The notes: generated by a model from the letters alone, not told the origin. DNA of 64,000 nucleotides from Acidobacteriota bacterium (GCA_017883185.1 JADGOB010000002.1:10844-74843), one strand, 5' to 3'; shown: positions 1 through 10,105, counted from the first letter of the stretch. Numbers and translations: made by a program.

Positions 1-957
1 GTGGTCGCCCGGGAGATTGGCCTTCGGGATGATGATGGCCGGCAGCTGCAGCGAGGCGAGCTCATAGAGGCTGCCGGCTCCCCCGCGCGCCACGACCAGG
101 TCGCTGAGCGCGTAGACGTGCTCGATCTGGTAGAAGAACGGGCGGCTGACGTAGAACGAGGCGATCTCGCGCCGCTCCGCCTCGGTGTAGCGCGACTCGA
201 GCCGCTCCTCGGTGTCGCGCGCCGCGTGATAGTAACCCCGCCGAAACAGGCCGGTGCCGTGGATGATGAACAACCGGTCGCGCAGCGGGAGGAGGTCGCC
301 AAGCGCATCCACGATCGCGCGGTTGATGGTGCGGGCGCCCTGCGATCCGCCGAAGGCGAACACCACCTGGCGGCCGGGCGGCACCTCGAAATCGAGCTGC
401 GCGCGAGCCTCGTCGCGCCCGACCGTCGCAATCCGCCGCCTCAGCGGGTAGCCGGAGACGATGCCGTTGGTCGGAAAACTGCCGAGCGTCTCGGGAAAGG
501 TGACGAAGACGCGGTCCGCGAGGCGGCCGACCAACTGGTTGAGCTTGCCGGGTGCCGCGTTCTGCTCGTGGACGAAGATGCGCGCGTGGCTCAGACGCAG
601 CCGCCGCAGCATGGCCGCGGCAACCATCACCGGCGCCGACGCGAATCCGCCCGTGCCGACGATCACGTCGGGGCGGAACGTCAGCAGGATCACGCACGCC
701 TTGACCACGCCCACCGAGAGATTGGCGAGGAAGCGCGCCAGCTCGAGCGATGGCCGCTTGCCGGGGTAGCCCGAGGCGCGCACGAAGCGGATCGGCATGC
801 CCTCGCGCGGCACCACCTTGGCCTCGGCCCGACCGCGGACGCCGACGAAGAGGAAGCGCGTGCCCTCGCCGGCCAGAGCTCTGCCGATGGCCAGCGCCGG
901 GTTCACGTGCCCGGCCGTACCGCCGCCCGTCAGGAGGATCCGTGTCGGCTCGCTCAT
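1..957 (-). CDS. murG: UDP-GlcNAc:lipid I N-acetylglucosamine transferase MurG (3' end runs off the window)
   Basis: Not in the ORF track because it has no stop in the window. Manual translation from ATG 957 gives MSEPTRILLTGGGTAGHVNPALA, then GTGGFAS, HEQNAAPGKLN, FGGSQGARTIN and RGGAGSLYEL, all MurG signature motifs. Confidence 0.93.
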   Translation of the reverse strand, partial: MSEPTRILLTGGGTAGHVNPALAIGRALAGEGTRFLFVGVRGRAEAKVVPREGMPIRFVRASGYPGKRPSLELARFLANLSVGVVKACVILLTFRPDVIVGTGGFASAPVMVAAAMLRRLRLSHARIFVHEQNAAPGKLNQLVGRLADRVFVTFPETLGSFPTNGIVSGYPLRRRIATVGRDEARAQLDFEVPPGRQVVFAFGGSQGARTINRAIVDALGDLLPLRDRLFIIHGTGLFRRGYYHAARDTEERLESRYTEAERREIASFYVSRPFFYQIEHVYALSDLVVARGGAGSLYELASLQLPAIIIPKANLPGDH

Positions 958-1007
958 GCGCCTCTTCGCGTCGTTTCGAGACGCGATGGTAACATGGCTG
1001 ACCCATC

Positions 1008-4000
1008 ATGGACGTCGTCGTACAACACGCCCCGCAGTTCACCTGTTCTGAGGCCGAGGCCCTTGCGCAGCGCGCATTCGGTGTTGCCGGCCTCGCGGAC
1101 GCCCTGGCCAGCGAGCGTGACCAGAACTTCCGCATCACCGCCGCGGACGGGACGGCGTTCGTCCTCAAGGTCGCCAACGCGACCGAGCGCGAGGAGGTCC
1201 TCGAGTTCCAGGACGCCGCGCTCGATCACCTGGCGGCCCGCCACGCGGGGCTGGCCGTGCCCAGAGTGTGCCGAACGGCCTCCGGCGACGCGATTGTCCG
1301 GGTGCCCGGCCACTCCGGCCGCCAGCACCTCGTCCGGCTGCTGACATGGGTCCCCGGCGACGTGCTCGCCAGTGTGAAGCCGCACACCGAAGCGCTGCTG
1401 GTCAGCCTTGGCCGGCGCGTCGGCGAAACCAACCGCGCCTTCCAAGGGTTCTCGCACCCGGCGATGGGGCGGGCGCTGCAGTGGGATCTGGCGCGCACGG
1501 CCTGGATTGGCTCCGAGCTCGGCCGGTTCACAGAGCCGCGCAGGCGATCGATCGTCGAGCGGATCCTCTCCAGGTTCACCGCCTCTGTGGCTCCCCGGCT
1601 GGGCGGCTTGCGCCAGCAGGTCATCCACAACGACTGGAACGACTACAACATCTTGGCGGCACCCGGTCGGTCCGCCGACCGCGACGTCATCGGCGTCGTC
1701 GATTTCGGGGACATGGTCCACTCCCCGGTCGTGGCGGACCTGGCCGTGGCCTGCGCCTACGCGATGCTGGGCAAGCCGGATCCGTTGACCGCCGCTGCAG
1801 CGATCGTGCGGGGATTCCACCAGGCGTTGCCGCTGACCGAGTCCGAACGGGAGGTGCTCTTCGACCTGATTTGCGCGCGCCTCGCGATCAGCGTCACCAT
1901 GGCGGCCTGCCAGTCGGCGGCAGCGCCCGGCAACGACTACCTGCTGATCAGCCAGCAGCAGGCGTGGGCGCTGCTCGAGCGGCTGGACGAGCTCGACCCT
2001 GCGTGGGCCCTGTGCGTCTTTCGCCGGGCGTGCGGCATGCCGCCCTGCCCCGCCTCCCCGGATGTCACCGCATGGCTCTCGGCGCACCGGGGCGACTTCG
2101 CGCCGGTGATGGGCCACGACCTGCGCATCACGCCGCTGGTCGTCTTCGACCTCGGCGTCGGCAGCCTCGACATTCCGCGGCCGGAGACGGTGCAGGAGAG
2201 TCCAGCGTTCTGCGCGCACGTCGATCGCCTGATGGCCGCGAGCGGAGCACGGATCGGCATCGGTCGGTACGACGAGCCGCGCCTGGTCTACGTCACGGAT
2301 TTGTTCCGCCATCCCAACAACTGGTACGACGAGAATCGTACCGTCCACCTCGGCATCGACCTGTTCTGCGCGGCCGGCGCGCCCGTGTACGCGCCGCTCG
2401 ACGGCACGGTGCACAGCGTGGCGAACAACGCGGTGCCGGGCGACTACGGCCCCACGATCGTCCTCGAGCACCTCGTCAACGGCGGGACGGTCCGGTTCTT
2501 CACCCTCTACGGCCACCTCAGCGTGGAATCGCTGGAAGGGATGGTCCCGGGCCGGCAGGTCAGAAAGGGCGAACGGATCGCCTGGCTCGGGGACCCGTCG
2601 GTCAACGGCGGGTGGCCGCCGCACCTGCACTTCCAGGTCATCGCGGACATGCTGGGCCGCGTGGGGGAATTCCCCGGCGTGGCGTCGCCGGGCGAGCGCG
2701 AGATCTGGCTCAGTGTCTGCCCGGACGCCAACCTGGTCGTCGGCGTGCCCGACGACAAGATGCCGCCGCGGCCGGCCGACCCGGAATCGATCCTGGTCGC
2801 GAGGCGCCGTCGGCTCGGACCTAACCTCAGCGTCTCGTACCGGCGCCCGATCACGATGGCGCGCGGCTATCGGCAGTACCTGTATGACGTGGACGGACGC
2901 CGCTTCGTGGACGCCGTCAACAACGTCGCGCACGTCGGCCATTGCCACCCCAGGGTGGTCGAAGCGGCCGCGCGGCAGATGGCGGTCCTCAACACCAACA
3001 CGCGCTACCTGCACGCCGGGGTCGTGGCGTACGCGGAACGCCTGTGCGCGCTGATGCCCGAGCCGCTGAGCGTCTGCTATCTGGTGTGCAGCGGCAGCGA
3101 GGCGAACGAGCTGGCCCTTCGCCTGGCTCGCGCCTACACGGGGCACCGCGACATCGTCGTCGTGGACGGCGCCTATCACGGGAACACCACGTCGCTCGTC
3201 GAGATCAGCCCGTACAAGTTCGACGGCCCGGGCGGCAGCGGCGCGCCGCCGCACGTGCACAAGGTGGTGATGCCCGATGTCTATCGCGGGCCGTTCCGGG
3301 CGCCTGACCCGTCGGCCGGCGTACGCTACGGCCGAGAGGTGGCGCGCACGCTGGAACAGGTGGAGGCTTCAGGCCGCAACGTCGCGGCGTTCATCTGCGA
3401 GTCGCTGCTCGGCTGCGGGGGACAGATCGTGCTCCCGGACGGCTATCTCGCGAGCGCGTATGCGGCCGTCCGGGCGGCCGGCGGCGTGGCCATCGCCGAC
3501 GAAGTACAGGTGGGGTTCGGTCGCGTGGGCACGCACGTGTGGGGGTTCGACACCCAGGGCGTGACGCCGGACATCGTCACGCTCGGCAAGCCGATCGGGA
3601 ACGGCTTCCCGCTCGGGGCGGTCGTCACGCGGCCCGAGATTGCCGACGCCTTCGACAACGGAATGGAGTACTTCAACACCTTTGGCGGCACGCAGGCCGC
3701 GTGCGCCGTGGGCCTGGCGGTCCTCGATGTCATGCGCGACGAGCAGCTCCAGGCGCACGCACTCGAAGTCGGCACGCGCCTGAACGGCGCGCTCGCCTCC
3801 CTCATGGCCGACTTCCCCATCGTCGGCGACGTGCGCGGCCTGGGCCTGTTCCTCGGGGTGGAACTGGTCACCGACCGCGAGTCGCTCGAGCCGGCGGCGG
3901 CCCAGGCCGATTACATCATCAATCGACTGCGGGACCGCGGTATGCTCGCCAGCACCGACGGTCCGCTGCACAACGTGTTGAAGATCAAACCGCCCCTGCC

Positions 4001-4076
4001 GTTCTCGGCCGACGATGCCGACCGGCTGGTGTCGTTGCTGCGAGAGATCCTGCCCGAGGACGCGGCGCAGGCGTAG
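1008..4076 (+). CDS. Three-domain fusion: APH-like (hydroxylysine kinase type) phosphotransferase + M23 peptidase + class III PLP aminotransferase/phospho-lyase
   Basis: Kinase motifs [11 protein letters not shown] and VDFGD; M23 motifs HLGID, LYGHL and HLHFQ; class III motifs [18 protein letters not shown] and YFNTFGG. Confidence 0.88.
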   Translation: MDVVVQHAPQFTCSEAEALAQRAFGVAGLADALASERDQNFRITAADGTAFVLKVANATEREEVLEFQDAALDHLAARHAGLAVPRVCRTASGDAIVRVPGHSGRQHLVRLLTWVPGDVLASVKPHTEALLVSLGRRVGETNRAFQGFSHPAMGRALQWDLARTAWIGSELGRFTEPRRRSIVERILSRFTASVAPRLGGLRQQVIHNDWNDYNILAAPGRSADRDVIGVVDFGDMVHSPVVADLAVACAYAMLGKPDPLTAAAAIVRGFHQALPLTESEREVLFDLICARLAISVTMAACQSAAAPGNDYLLISQQQAWALLERLDELDPAWALCVFRRACGMPPCPASPDVTAWLSAHRGDFAPVMGHDLRITPLVVFDLGVGSLDIPRPETVQESPAFCAHVDRLMAASGARIGIGRYDEPRLVYVTDLFRHPNNWYDENRTVHLGIDLFCAAGAPVYAPLDGTVHSVANNAVPGDYGPTIVLEHLVNGGTVRFFTLYGHLSVESLEGMVPGRQVRKGERIAWLGDPSVNGGWPPHLHFQVIADMLGRVGEFPGVASPGEREIWLSVCPDANLVVGVPDDKMPPRPADPESILVARRRRLGPNLSVSYRRPITMARGYRQYLYDVDGRRFVDAVNNVAHVGHCHPRVVEAAARQMAVLNTNTRYLHAGVVAYAERLCALMPEPLSVCYLVCSGSEANELALRLARAYTGHRDIVVVDGAYHGNTTSLVEISPYKFDGPGGSGAPPHVHKVVMPDVYRGPFRAPDPSAGVRYGREVARTLEQVEASGRNVAAFICESLLGCGGQIVLPDGYLASAYAAVRAAGGVAIADEVQVGFGRVGTHVWGFDTQGVTPDIVTLGKPIGNGFPLGAVVTRPEIADAFDNGMEYFNTFGGTQAACAVGLAVLDVMRDEQLQAHALEVGTRLNGALASLMADFPIVGDVRGLGLFLGVELVTDRESLEPAAAQADYIINRLRDRGMLASTDGPLHNVLKIKPPLPFSADDADRLVSLLREILPEDAAQA

Positions 4077-4165
4077 GGACAAGGGGTCGGAGACCGGGGG
4101 GCCAGGGGTCGGGAGCAGGGATACAAGGGGTCGGGGACCGGGGTTCAGGGGGTCCGGAGTCGGGA
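4074..4165 (+). repeat. G-rich degenerate ~7-bp tandem repeat (GGGGTCG/GGGACCG-like)
   Basis: Many G3-G6 runs at roughly 7-nt spacing directly after the stop of the fusion gene. Confidence 0.7.
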
Positions 4166-4166
4166 T

Positions 4167-4379
4167 GTGATGATGGCCACCGTTTCGCCGGCCACTTTTT
4201 TTGGTTCTCCCGAGCGCGCGTCGCTGCCGACGATCGAACGCCAGCAGCGGGTGCTCGATCTGGACCCCGTCGTGTCTGCCCTGGTCGCCGAGCGGTACCT
4301 GGGCGGCCGGCTCACGTTCTCGTCGGAGGCGGGCGTGGGGAGGTCGTTCGTCCTGGAACTGCCCCCAGCATCCTGTTGA
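4167..4379 (+). pseudogene. Collapsed sensor histidine kinase remnant
   Basis: The C-terminus LVAERYLGGRLTFSSEAGVGRSFVLELP resembles the last strands of an HATPase_c domain, but the H, N and G1 boxes are missing from this 70-aa ORF. Confidence 0.5.
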
Positions 4380-4734
4380 TCGCGCCCTGACCCGCGCCGC
4401 GGAACGCGCGCGACACCCCGCCGACGCCGAGCTTCACGCCGCCAAAGATGCGCGACACGATGAGCGCGCCCTCGAGGTCGTGCTTCTTCATCAGTTCCAG
4501 CAGCACCCGCCCCGGGTGCCCCACTTCGCCATCGTCCTTCGACATCTCCGCGGCTGCGCCCGCCGCGTCGCGCCACCGGTACGCCCAGCAGTGATGGACG
4601 GCCTTGCGGTAGTCGCGGCGCCGCGCCTTGAGCAGGGCCTCCATGGTTTCAGGCGATACGAGTGGTGTCAGCAGCGCGTAGAAACGGGAGCGCTCGACGG
4701 TGACGGTGAACTCGGCAGGGCGGTCGATGCGCAC
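4312..4734 (-). CDS. YigZ/IMPACT family protein (UPF0029 domain only)
   Basis: ERSRFYA, AVHHCWAYR, DDGEVGHPG and VSRIFGGVKLGVGGVSRAF; GTG 4734 is preceded by TGCTATCCT. Confidence 0.85.
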   Translation of the reverse strand: MRIDRPAEFTVTVERSRFYALLTPLVSPETMEALLKARRRDYRKAVHHCWAYRWRDAAGAAAEMSKDDGEVGHPGRVLLELMKKHDLEGALIVSRIFGGVKLGVGGVSRAFRGAGQGAINRMLGAVPGRTTSPRPPPTRT

Positions 4735-4801
4735 GCGGGGCAGGATAGCACGGGGGAACCAGCCTGGCCGCTGGCCCCTCCCCGCTGACCACTGCACGCC
4801 G

Positions 4802-5034
4802 TCAGGCCTTCTCCTTCGCCGGAGGCCCGCCGCGCGAACGCAGCGAGCGCACGATGAGGCCCACACCGCCCGCCAGCAACACCAGCATCACCAGCGTGCT
4901 GAACAGGCTGGTCTGCCGGAAGTAGATGTCCATGTTCATCAACAGATAGCCGCCACCGCCGCCATCACCACGCCCGACAGGAACTCGCCGATGCCTCCCG
5001 GCGTTCCGCCGGCTCCGCGCTCGACCTCGCTCAT
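4802..5034 (-). pseudogene. Frameshifted, probably internally deleted small membrane protein
   Basis: GGAGG then ATG 5034 gives MSEVERGAGGTPGGIGEFLSGVVMAAV. A -1 shift near 4955 continues GGYLLMNMDIYFRQTSLFSTLVMLVLLAGGVGLIVRSLR. The span of 233 nt is not a multiple of 3. Confidence 0.55.
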
Positions 5035-5045
5035 GGCGCTCCTCC

Positions 5046-5090
5046 ACGATTTCTTGTCCCCGATGTCGAAGACTTCGCGCATAAGGGACT
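5046..5090. repeat. 45-bp imperfect palindromic dispersed repeat, family B, copy 1
   Basis: ACGATTTCTTGTCCCCGATGTCGAAGACTTCGCGCATAAGGGACT; related copies at 11012-11055 and 37893-37937. Confidence 0.85.
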
Positions 5091-5575
5091 TACGACGCGA
5101 CCGCCACGTCCACCAGCGTCGCCCCCAGCACCCTCACCAGATCGGCCGGCGCCACGCCGAGCAGGAAGCCGCGGCTGCCGCCGTTGATGTAGACCGTCGG
5201 CACGTCCAGAATGGTGCGCTCGACGAACACCGGCAGCATCTTCCGCGTGGCCATTGGCGAGGTGCCGCCGACCAGGTAGCCGGTGTGCCGTGTTGCCACG
5301 TCCGGCTTGCACGGCGTCACCGTGCGCACACCGATCTGCCGCGCCAGCTGCTTGGTGGACACTTCCCGGTCCCCGTGCATCAGCACCAGCAGCGGCTTGT
5401 GGGCCTCGTCCTCCATCACCAGCGTTTTCACCACCGCGTGCTCGGGCACGCCCAGTCCGCGCGCCGCCACCGTCGTCCCGCCCCGTTCCTCGTAGCGATA
5501 CGAGTGTTCCGTGAACGACACGCCCTGGGCGCGAAGCAACAGCGCCGCCGGGGTTGATGGAGAGGACCTCGACAT
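5090..5575 (-). CDS. ybaK: Cys-tRNA(Pro) deacylase, YbaK/EbsC family
   Basis: VVKTLV, TGYLVGGTSPMA and INGGSRGFLL motifs; 161 aa. Confidence 0.88.
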   Translation of the reverse strand: MSRSSPSTPAALLLRAQGVSFTEHSYRYEERGGTTVAARGLGVPEHAVVKTLVMEDEAHKPLLVLMHGDREVSTKQLARQIGVRTVTPCKPDVATRHTGYLVGGTSPMATRKMLPVFVERTILDVPTVYINGGSRGFLLGVAPADLVRVLGATLVDVAVAS

Positions 5576-5609
5576 GGTTGGCGTATGATAGCACTCGGCT
5601 CGCGGGCAC

Positions 5610-5680
5610 TAGACATCTTCCAAAGCCCGAGTCGTGACAAGTGAGGCAAGCTTCTACCGTGCGCTTTGGAATCTGTCATA
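5610..5680 (+). repeat. ~70-bp MITE/REP-like hairpin repeat, family A (divergent copy)
   Basis: TAGACATCTTCCAAAGC...GCTTTGGAATCTGTCATA; inverted ends shared with 14722-14791 and 41683-41752. Confidence 0.8.
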
Positions 5681-5735
5681 GGCTGGCAAAAGAGGCCGGT
5701 CCGCGCCACGTCCGGGCCATGCCGGAACCGCTCAT

Positions 5736-7688
5736 ATGAAGGCTGAACACACCCGCCCCGATTTCGGCTTCGTGCGCGTGGCGGCCGCGGTGCCGCCGCT
5801 GAAGGTTGCCGACCTCGATTTCAACCTGCGGCAGATCCTCGCGTTCGCCCGCCGGGCGGACGAGGAAGGCGCGCAGGTGGTGGTGTTCCCGGAGCTCAGC
5901 CTCACCAGCTACACGGCTGGCGACCTGTTCCACCAGCACCTGCTGCTGGACCAGGCGGTGGAGTCGCTGCTCGAGATCGCCGAGGCATCGGCCGGCCTCC
6001 GGCCGCTGCTGATCGTCGGGTTCCCTCTCGCGGCGGAGGGAAACCTGTTCAACACCGCAGCCGTCATCTCCGCGGGCACGATTCACGGCCTGGTGCCGAA
6101 GACCTACATTCCCGGCTACAAGGAGTACTACGAGGAGCGGTGGTTCGCGGCCTCGCGAGACCTGGTCGCCCGCGAGGTGACGATCGGCAACCGCCGCGTG
6201 CCGATCGGCACGGACCTCCTGTTCCGCGCGCGCGAGGTCCCCAATCTGGTCATCGGCGTCGAGATTTGCGAGGACTTGTGGGGGCCGCTGCCGCCCAGCT
6301 CGTTCCAGGTGCTGCACGGGGCCCATCTCATCGCCAACCTTTCGGCCTCCAACGAACTGGTCGGCAAGGCGGACTACCGGCGCTCGCTCGTTGCGCAGCA
6401 ATCGGCCCGCGGCATCTGCGCCTACATCTACGCCTCGTGCGGCGTCGGCGAGTCCACCCAGGACGTGGTGTTCGGCGGCCACGCGATGGTGGCGGAAGAC
6501 GGCGCGCTCCTCGGCGAGTCGCGGCGGTTTGCCCGCGATGGCGACCTGCTCGTGACCGACGTGGACATCGAGCATCTCCGCCTCGACCGCGAGCGGACGA
6601 CCAGCTTCGGCGACTCGGTCCACGCCTTCCCGGCCATGGCGTGGCGCACGGTGGACGTGGACGTGCCGCCGTACGCCGGGCCGCCGCTGCGACGCGTTGT
6701 GGACCCGACGCCGTTCATCCCGACCGACGATGCCGAGAGGAACCGACGCACCGAGGAGGTCATCTCCATCCAGACGTCGGGGCTGGCGACGCGGCTGTCG
6801 CACTCGGGGATCGACCATCTCGTGGTGGGACTATCCGGCGGGCTCGACTCGACGCTCGCGCTGCTGGTGGCCGTGCGGGCCTTCGACGCGCTCGATCTGC
6901 CCCGCACGCAGATCTTCGCCTTCACGATGCCCGGCTTCGGCACCAGCTCGCGCACGCGCGGAAACGCCGAGCGGCTGGCCCACGCCTGCGGCGTCTCGCT
7001 CGAGACGATCGACATCACGGACGGGTGCCTGCAGCAGTTCCGCGACATCGGGCACGACCGGGCGGTGCAGGACGTGACATTCGAGAACGTCCAGGCACGC
7101 TACCGCACCATGATCCTGATGAACAAGGCGAACCAACTGCGGGCGCTGGTGCTCGGCACCGGGGACCTGTCGGAGATCGCGCTCGGCTGGAACACGTTCA
7201 ACGGCGACCACATGTCGCACTACAACGTGAATGCCGGCGTCCCGAAGACGCTCGTACGCTACCTGGTCGGCTGGGTGGCGGCGCAGCCGCGGTTTGCCGA
7301 CGCCCGGCCGGTCCTCGACGACGTGCTGAACACGCCCATCTCGCCCGAGCTGCTGCCGGGCGATCGCCCGGGCACCGTCTTCCAGAAGACCGAGGAGATC
7401 ATCGGCCCCTACGAGCTGCACGACTTCTTCCTCTACCACTTCGCGCGCTGGGCGAGCCGGCCCGCGAAGATCCAGCAGCTTGCCGAGCACGCGTTCGCCG
7501 GGCGCTATGACGCGGGCACCATCCGCACCTGGCTGCGCCTGTTCGTCACCCGGTTCTTTGCCAACCAGTGGAAGCGGTCCGTCATGCCCGACGGGCCGAA
7601 AGTGGGATCGGTCGCGCTCTCGCCAAGGGGCGACTGGCGTATGCCGTCCGACGCCGAGGTCGCCCTCTGGCTCCAGGATCTCGCATAG
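5736..7688 (+). CDS. nadE: Glutamine-dependent NAD(+) synthetase
   Basis: Nitrilase-like domain (FPEL, VPKTYIP, EICED) plus synthetase domain (SGGLDS, ENVQAR, GTGDLSE, SPRGDWRMPSD). Confidence 0.95.
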   Translation: MKAEHTRPDFGFVRVAAAVPPLKVADLDFNLRQILAFARRADEEGAQVVVFPELSLTSYTAGDLFHQHLLLDQAVESLLEIAEASAGLRPLLIVGFPLAAEGNLFNTAAVISAGTIHGLVPKTYIPGYKEYYEERWFAASRDLVAREVTIGNRRVPIGTDLLFRAREVPNLVIGVEICEDLWGPLPPSSFQVLHGAHLIANLSASNELVGKADYRRSLVAQQSARGICAYIYASCGVGESTQDVVFGGHAMVAEDGALLGESRRFARDGDLLVTDVDIEHLRLDRERTTSFGDSVHAFPAMAWRTVDVDVPPYAGPPLRRVVDPTPFIPTDDAERNRRTEEVISIQTSGLATRLSHSGIDHLVVGLSGGLDSTLALLVAVRAFDALDLPRTQIFAFTMPGFGTSSRTRGNAERLAHACGVSLETIDITDGCLQQFRDIGHDRAVQDVTFENVQARYRTMILMNKANQLRALVLGTGDLSEIALGWNTFNGDHMSHYNVNAGVPKTLVRYLVGWVAAQPRFADARPVLDDVLNTPISPELLPGDRPGTVFQKTEEIIGPYELHDFFLYHFARWASRPAKIQQLAEHAFAGRYDAGTIRTWLRLFVTRFFANQWKRSVMPDGPKVGSVALSPRGDWRMPSDAEVALWLQDLA

Positions 7689-7751
7689 GGGCGGCCCCCC
7701 GTCTGTTTCGAGCGCAGTCGAGGGGTGCCCGCCCCATTGCCGCGCGCGAGG

Positions 7752-9350
7752 TCAGGCCCTGGCGGGCTGCCGCTCCAGCCAGCGGTTGAACAGCCACAGC
7801 GAGGCGGCCGACACCAGGCCGATCGCCATCAGGATGATCCAGCCGAGCGCGTTGTTGGCCGGCACCAGTTCCAGGAGCCCGTCCGGGCGCTTGGTCGCAT
7901 CCTTGATCATGATCTCGTTGAAGATGTAGGCGCCCACCGGCCCTCCGAGCAGCGCGCCCAGCGCGAGCGGCAGATTGGCGTAGCCGAGGAACAGCCCCTC
8001 TTGGCCCTTCGGCGCCAGCGCCCCGATGTACTCGTACATCCGCGGCGACGTGAACAGCTCGCCCAGGGCGACCAACGCCACGGTCAGGATGAAGAAGACA
8101 GACGCGATGGGCAGCCAGTTCGCCATGACCGCCTGCGGTCCGCCCGCCGAGTAGATCGGCGCGATGTTGATCAGCATCGCCACCGCGATGATGATCGTGC
8201 CGGCCACCATCGAGCGGATCGGCTTCATCTTCCCGAACGTCCGCGAGATCAGCAGCTGGAAGCAGACGATGACGAACGGATTGGCGGCCGTGTAGAGGTC
8301 CATCGCGGGGTTGGTCTCGACGACCTGCTTCACGTACAACGGGAACACGTTGTAGACCTGGTTGTAGAGGAAGTAGAACCCGGTCATCACGATCAGGTAG
8401 AGCGTGAAGCGACCGCTCTGGAGCACCAGGACCATGTCGAGGAGGATCCGGCCGACCGACCGCTTGGGCTTCGCCGGGCCGGCCGGGATCGCCGGCTCCT
8501 GGTAGGTGAACAGCACCACCAGGAAGGCCACCGCCGACGCCGCGGCCGCCACCGCGAAGATGTAGGAGAGGTTTGCGCCCGCGGTCGCGACACGCTCCGA
8601 CGCGCGCGCGCCGTAGATCCAGACGACCGCCGCCGTGGCCACGACGACGATCGAGGTGAAGCCGGCCGTCGCCACCCAGATGTCCCTGCTGCTCCGGTCC
8701 GCCTTCGTCGTCCGGTGAACGAGGAAGACGATGCCGAAGGCGGCGAGAGCGAGCACGGCGACGACCGCGAGGACGGTGCCGACGCTCGACCCGCTCCGCA
8801 CGACGAACGCCGTGCCGCGGCCGAACAGCGAGCCGATGTTGATCACCATGTAGAAGATGGCGAAGCCGAGCGTTGCCCGTGCGCCGGCGGTCTTCTGCAC
8901 CGTGCCCGAGATGCACGGCTTGATCACCGACCCGCCGATGCCGATGAGCAGGACGCCCGCGAACAGCACGGCGAAGTCGCGGGTACTCGCCGTCACGTGT
9001 TCCCCAATCGTCGGGGCCAGGACACTCCCCCCGAGCCAGACCGGGTAGCCCATCAGGCAGTAGCCGGCGGCCAGCAGGACGAACGCGATCAGCAGCGACC
9101 GCCGGAAGCCGATCTGGTCGGCGATCGTGCCGGAGAGAATCGGGAGGAAAAAGACCAGGAACCAGAGCGTCGAGTTGAGGGTGGACGGCCAGTAGGCGCC
9201 GAACCCGAGTTGGCCCAGGTAGATGACGACGAAGCTCGCCACCGAGTAGTACGCGGCTCGCTCGAACAACTCCGTGACGTTAGCCGTCCAGAACGATTTC
9301 GGGAACGGCTGAATCTCGGAGGCGGTGCCGGGCGTCACAGCGGATGTCAT
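7752..9350 (-). CDS. POT/PTR-like MFS oligopeptide transporter
   Basis: ELFERAAYY (ExxERxxYY motif), FYMVINIGS and GELFTSPR; many hydrophobic helices. Confidence 0.85.
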   Translation of the reverse strand: MTSAVTPGTASEIQPFPKSFWTANVTELFERAAYYSVASFVVIYLGQLGFGAYWPSTLNSTLWFLVFFLPILSGTIADQIGFRRSLLIAFVLLAAGYCLMGYPVWLGGSVLAPTIGEHVTASTRDFAVLFAGVLLIGIGGSVIKPCISGTVQKTAGARATLGFAIFYMVINIGSLFGRGTAFVVRSGSSVGTVLAVVAVLALAAFGIVFLVHRTTKADRSSRDIWVATAGFTSIVVVATAAVVWIYGARASERVATAGANLSYIFAVAAAASAVAFLVVLFTYQEPAIPAGPAKPKRSVGRILLDMVLVLQSGRFTLYLIVMTGFYFLYNQVYNVFPLYVKQVVETNPAMDLYTAANPFVIVCFQLLISRTFGKMKPIRSMVAGTIIIAVAMLINIAPIYSAGGPQAVMANWLPIASVFFILTVALVALGELFTSPRMYEYIGALAPKGQEGLFLGYANLPLALGALLGGPVGAYIFNEIMIKDATKRPDGLLELVPANNALGWIILMAIGLVSAASLWLFNRWLERQPARA

Positions 9351-9366
9351 GAGTTCTCTCAGGGAA

Positions 9367-9401
9367 CAGAATCCAGAATCCAGGAGCCAGAATTCAGAAG
9401 A
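9367..9401 (+). repeat. Heptamer tandem repeat (CAGAAT[C/T])
   Basis: cagaatc cagaatc caggagc cagaatt cagaaga. Confidence 0.75.
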
Positions 9402-9426
9402 TGGAAGACGGCCGACGGCCTGCTGC

Positions 9427-9954
9427 CTACTCCCCCGCCGGCATGGCCAGCCGGCGTACGATATTGCCACGCGTGTCCAGGAACCGCAGGAAGTCAGCCG
9501 TGAGCAACGTCATCGTAGCCGTATTGACGTTCGGATGAAACCCAATCCGCTCGGTGCCCGCGAGATCGGCGTCGAGCACGACGATCACCTCGCGCGCCGA
9601 CTCGTGGATCAGGCCGAACGGCGAGACGGCCCCAGGCGTCAGCCGCAGGAACCGCATCAGGCGATCCGGCGAGGCGAAGCTGAGCTTGTCGTCTCCCAAC
9701 AGCGCCGACAAGGCGCGCAGATCGGCCCTCTTCGAATGCCCGAGGATGACGAGATAGTGGCGGCTGCCCCTGGCGTTCCGCAGGAAGAGATTCTTGCAGT
9801 GCGTCGCCGGGATCTCCGCCCAATAGCGCTCCGCTTCCTCGACGGTGAACACCGGCGGATGCGGGTGCCGCGTGAACGACATGCCCAGCCCCGCCAGGAC
9901 TTCGTAGACTTCCCGCTCGGACGCCGCCATCTCCTGCGAAACCTTGTCGCTCAT
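9427..9954 (-). CDS. Prolyl-tRNA editing protein (ProXp-ala/PrdX, YbaK superfamily)
   Basis: HPPVFTVEEA, CKNLFLR, LSFAS, PGAVSPFGL and FHPNVNTAT. Confidence 0.88.
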   Translation of the reverse strand: MSDKVSQEMAASEREVYEVLAGLGMSFTRHPHPPVFTVEEAERYWAEIPATHCKNLFLRNARGSRHYLVILGHSKRADLRALSALLGDDKLSFASPDRLMRFLRLTPGAVSPFGLIHESAREVIVVLDADLAGTERIGFHPNVNTATMTLLTADFLRFLDTRGNIVRRLAMPAGE

Positions 9955-9998
9955 CGTCCCGCCTTCGTCGCCACGCGACTTCGGCGTGGCAAGCAACA

Positions 9999-10084
9999 CC
10001 GACTCTTCATCGTCAGCACCGACCCTTCATCGTCAGCACCGACTCCTCTGCGTCAGTTCCCGACCTCTCATCGTCAGGTCCCGA
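9999..10084 (+). repeat. Four tandem 20-21-bp direct repeats
   Basis: ccgactcttcatcgtcagca / ccgacccttcatcgtcagca / ccgactcctctgcgtcagttc / ccgacctctcatcgtcaggtc / ccga. Confidence 0.85.
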
Positions 10085-10105
10085 TTGATATTGTTTTTGT
10101 CCCGT

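Noticed and set aside
1-1344. 447-aa plus-strand ORF and other long track ORFs (954-3260, 11062-14724, 22041-23402, 48584-51088, 51442-53889)
   Set aside because: Antisense or off-frame shadows of well-supported genes in high-GC DNA; Arg/Ala/Pro-rich with no motifs.
9999-10084. Possible CRISPR array
   Set aside because: The repeats are contiguous with no unique spacers and no cas genes are present.
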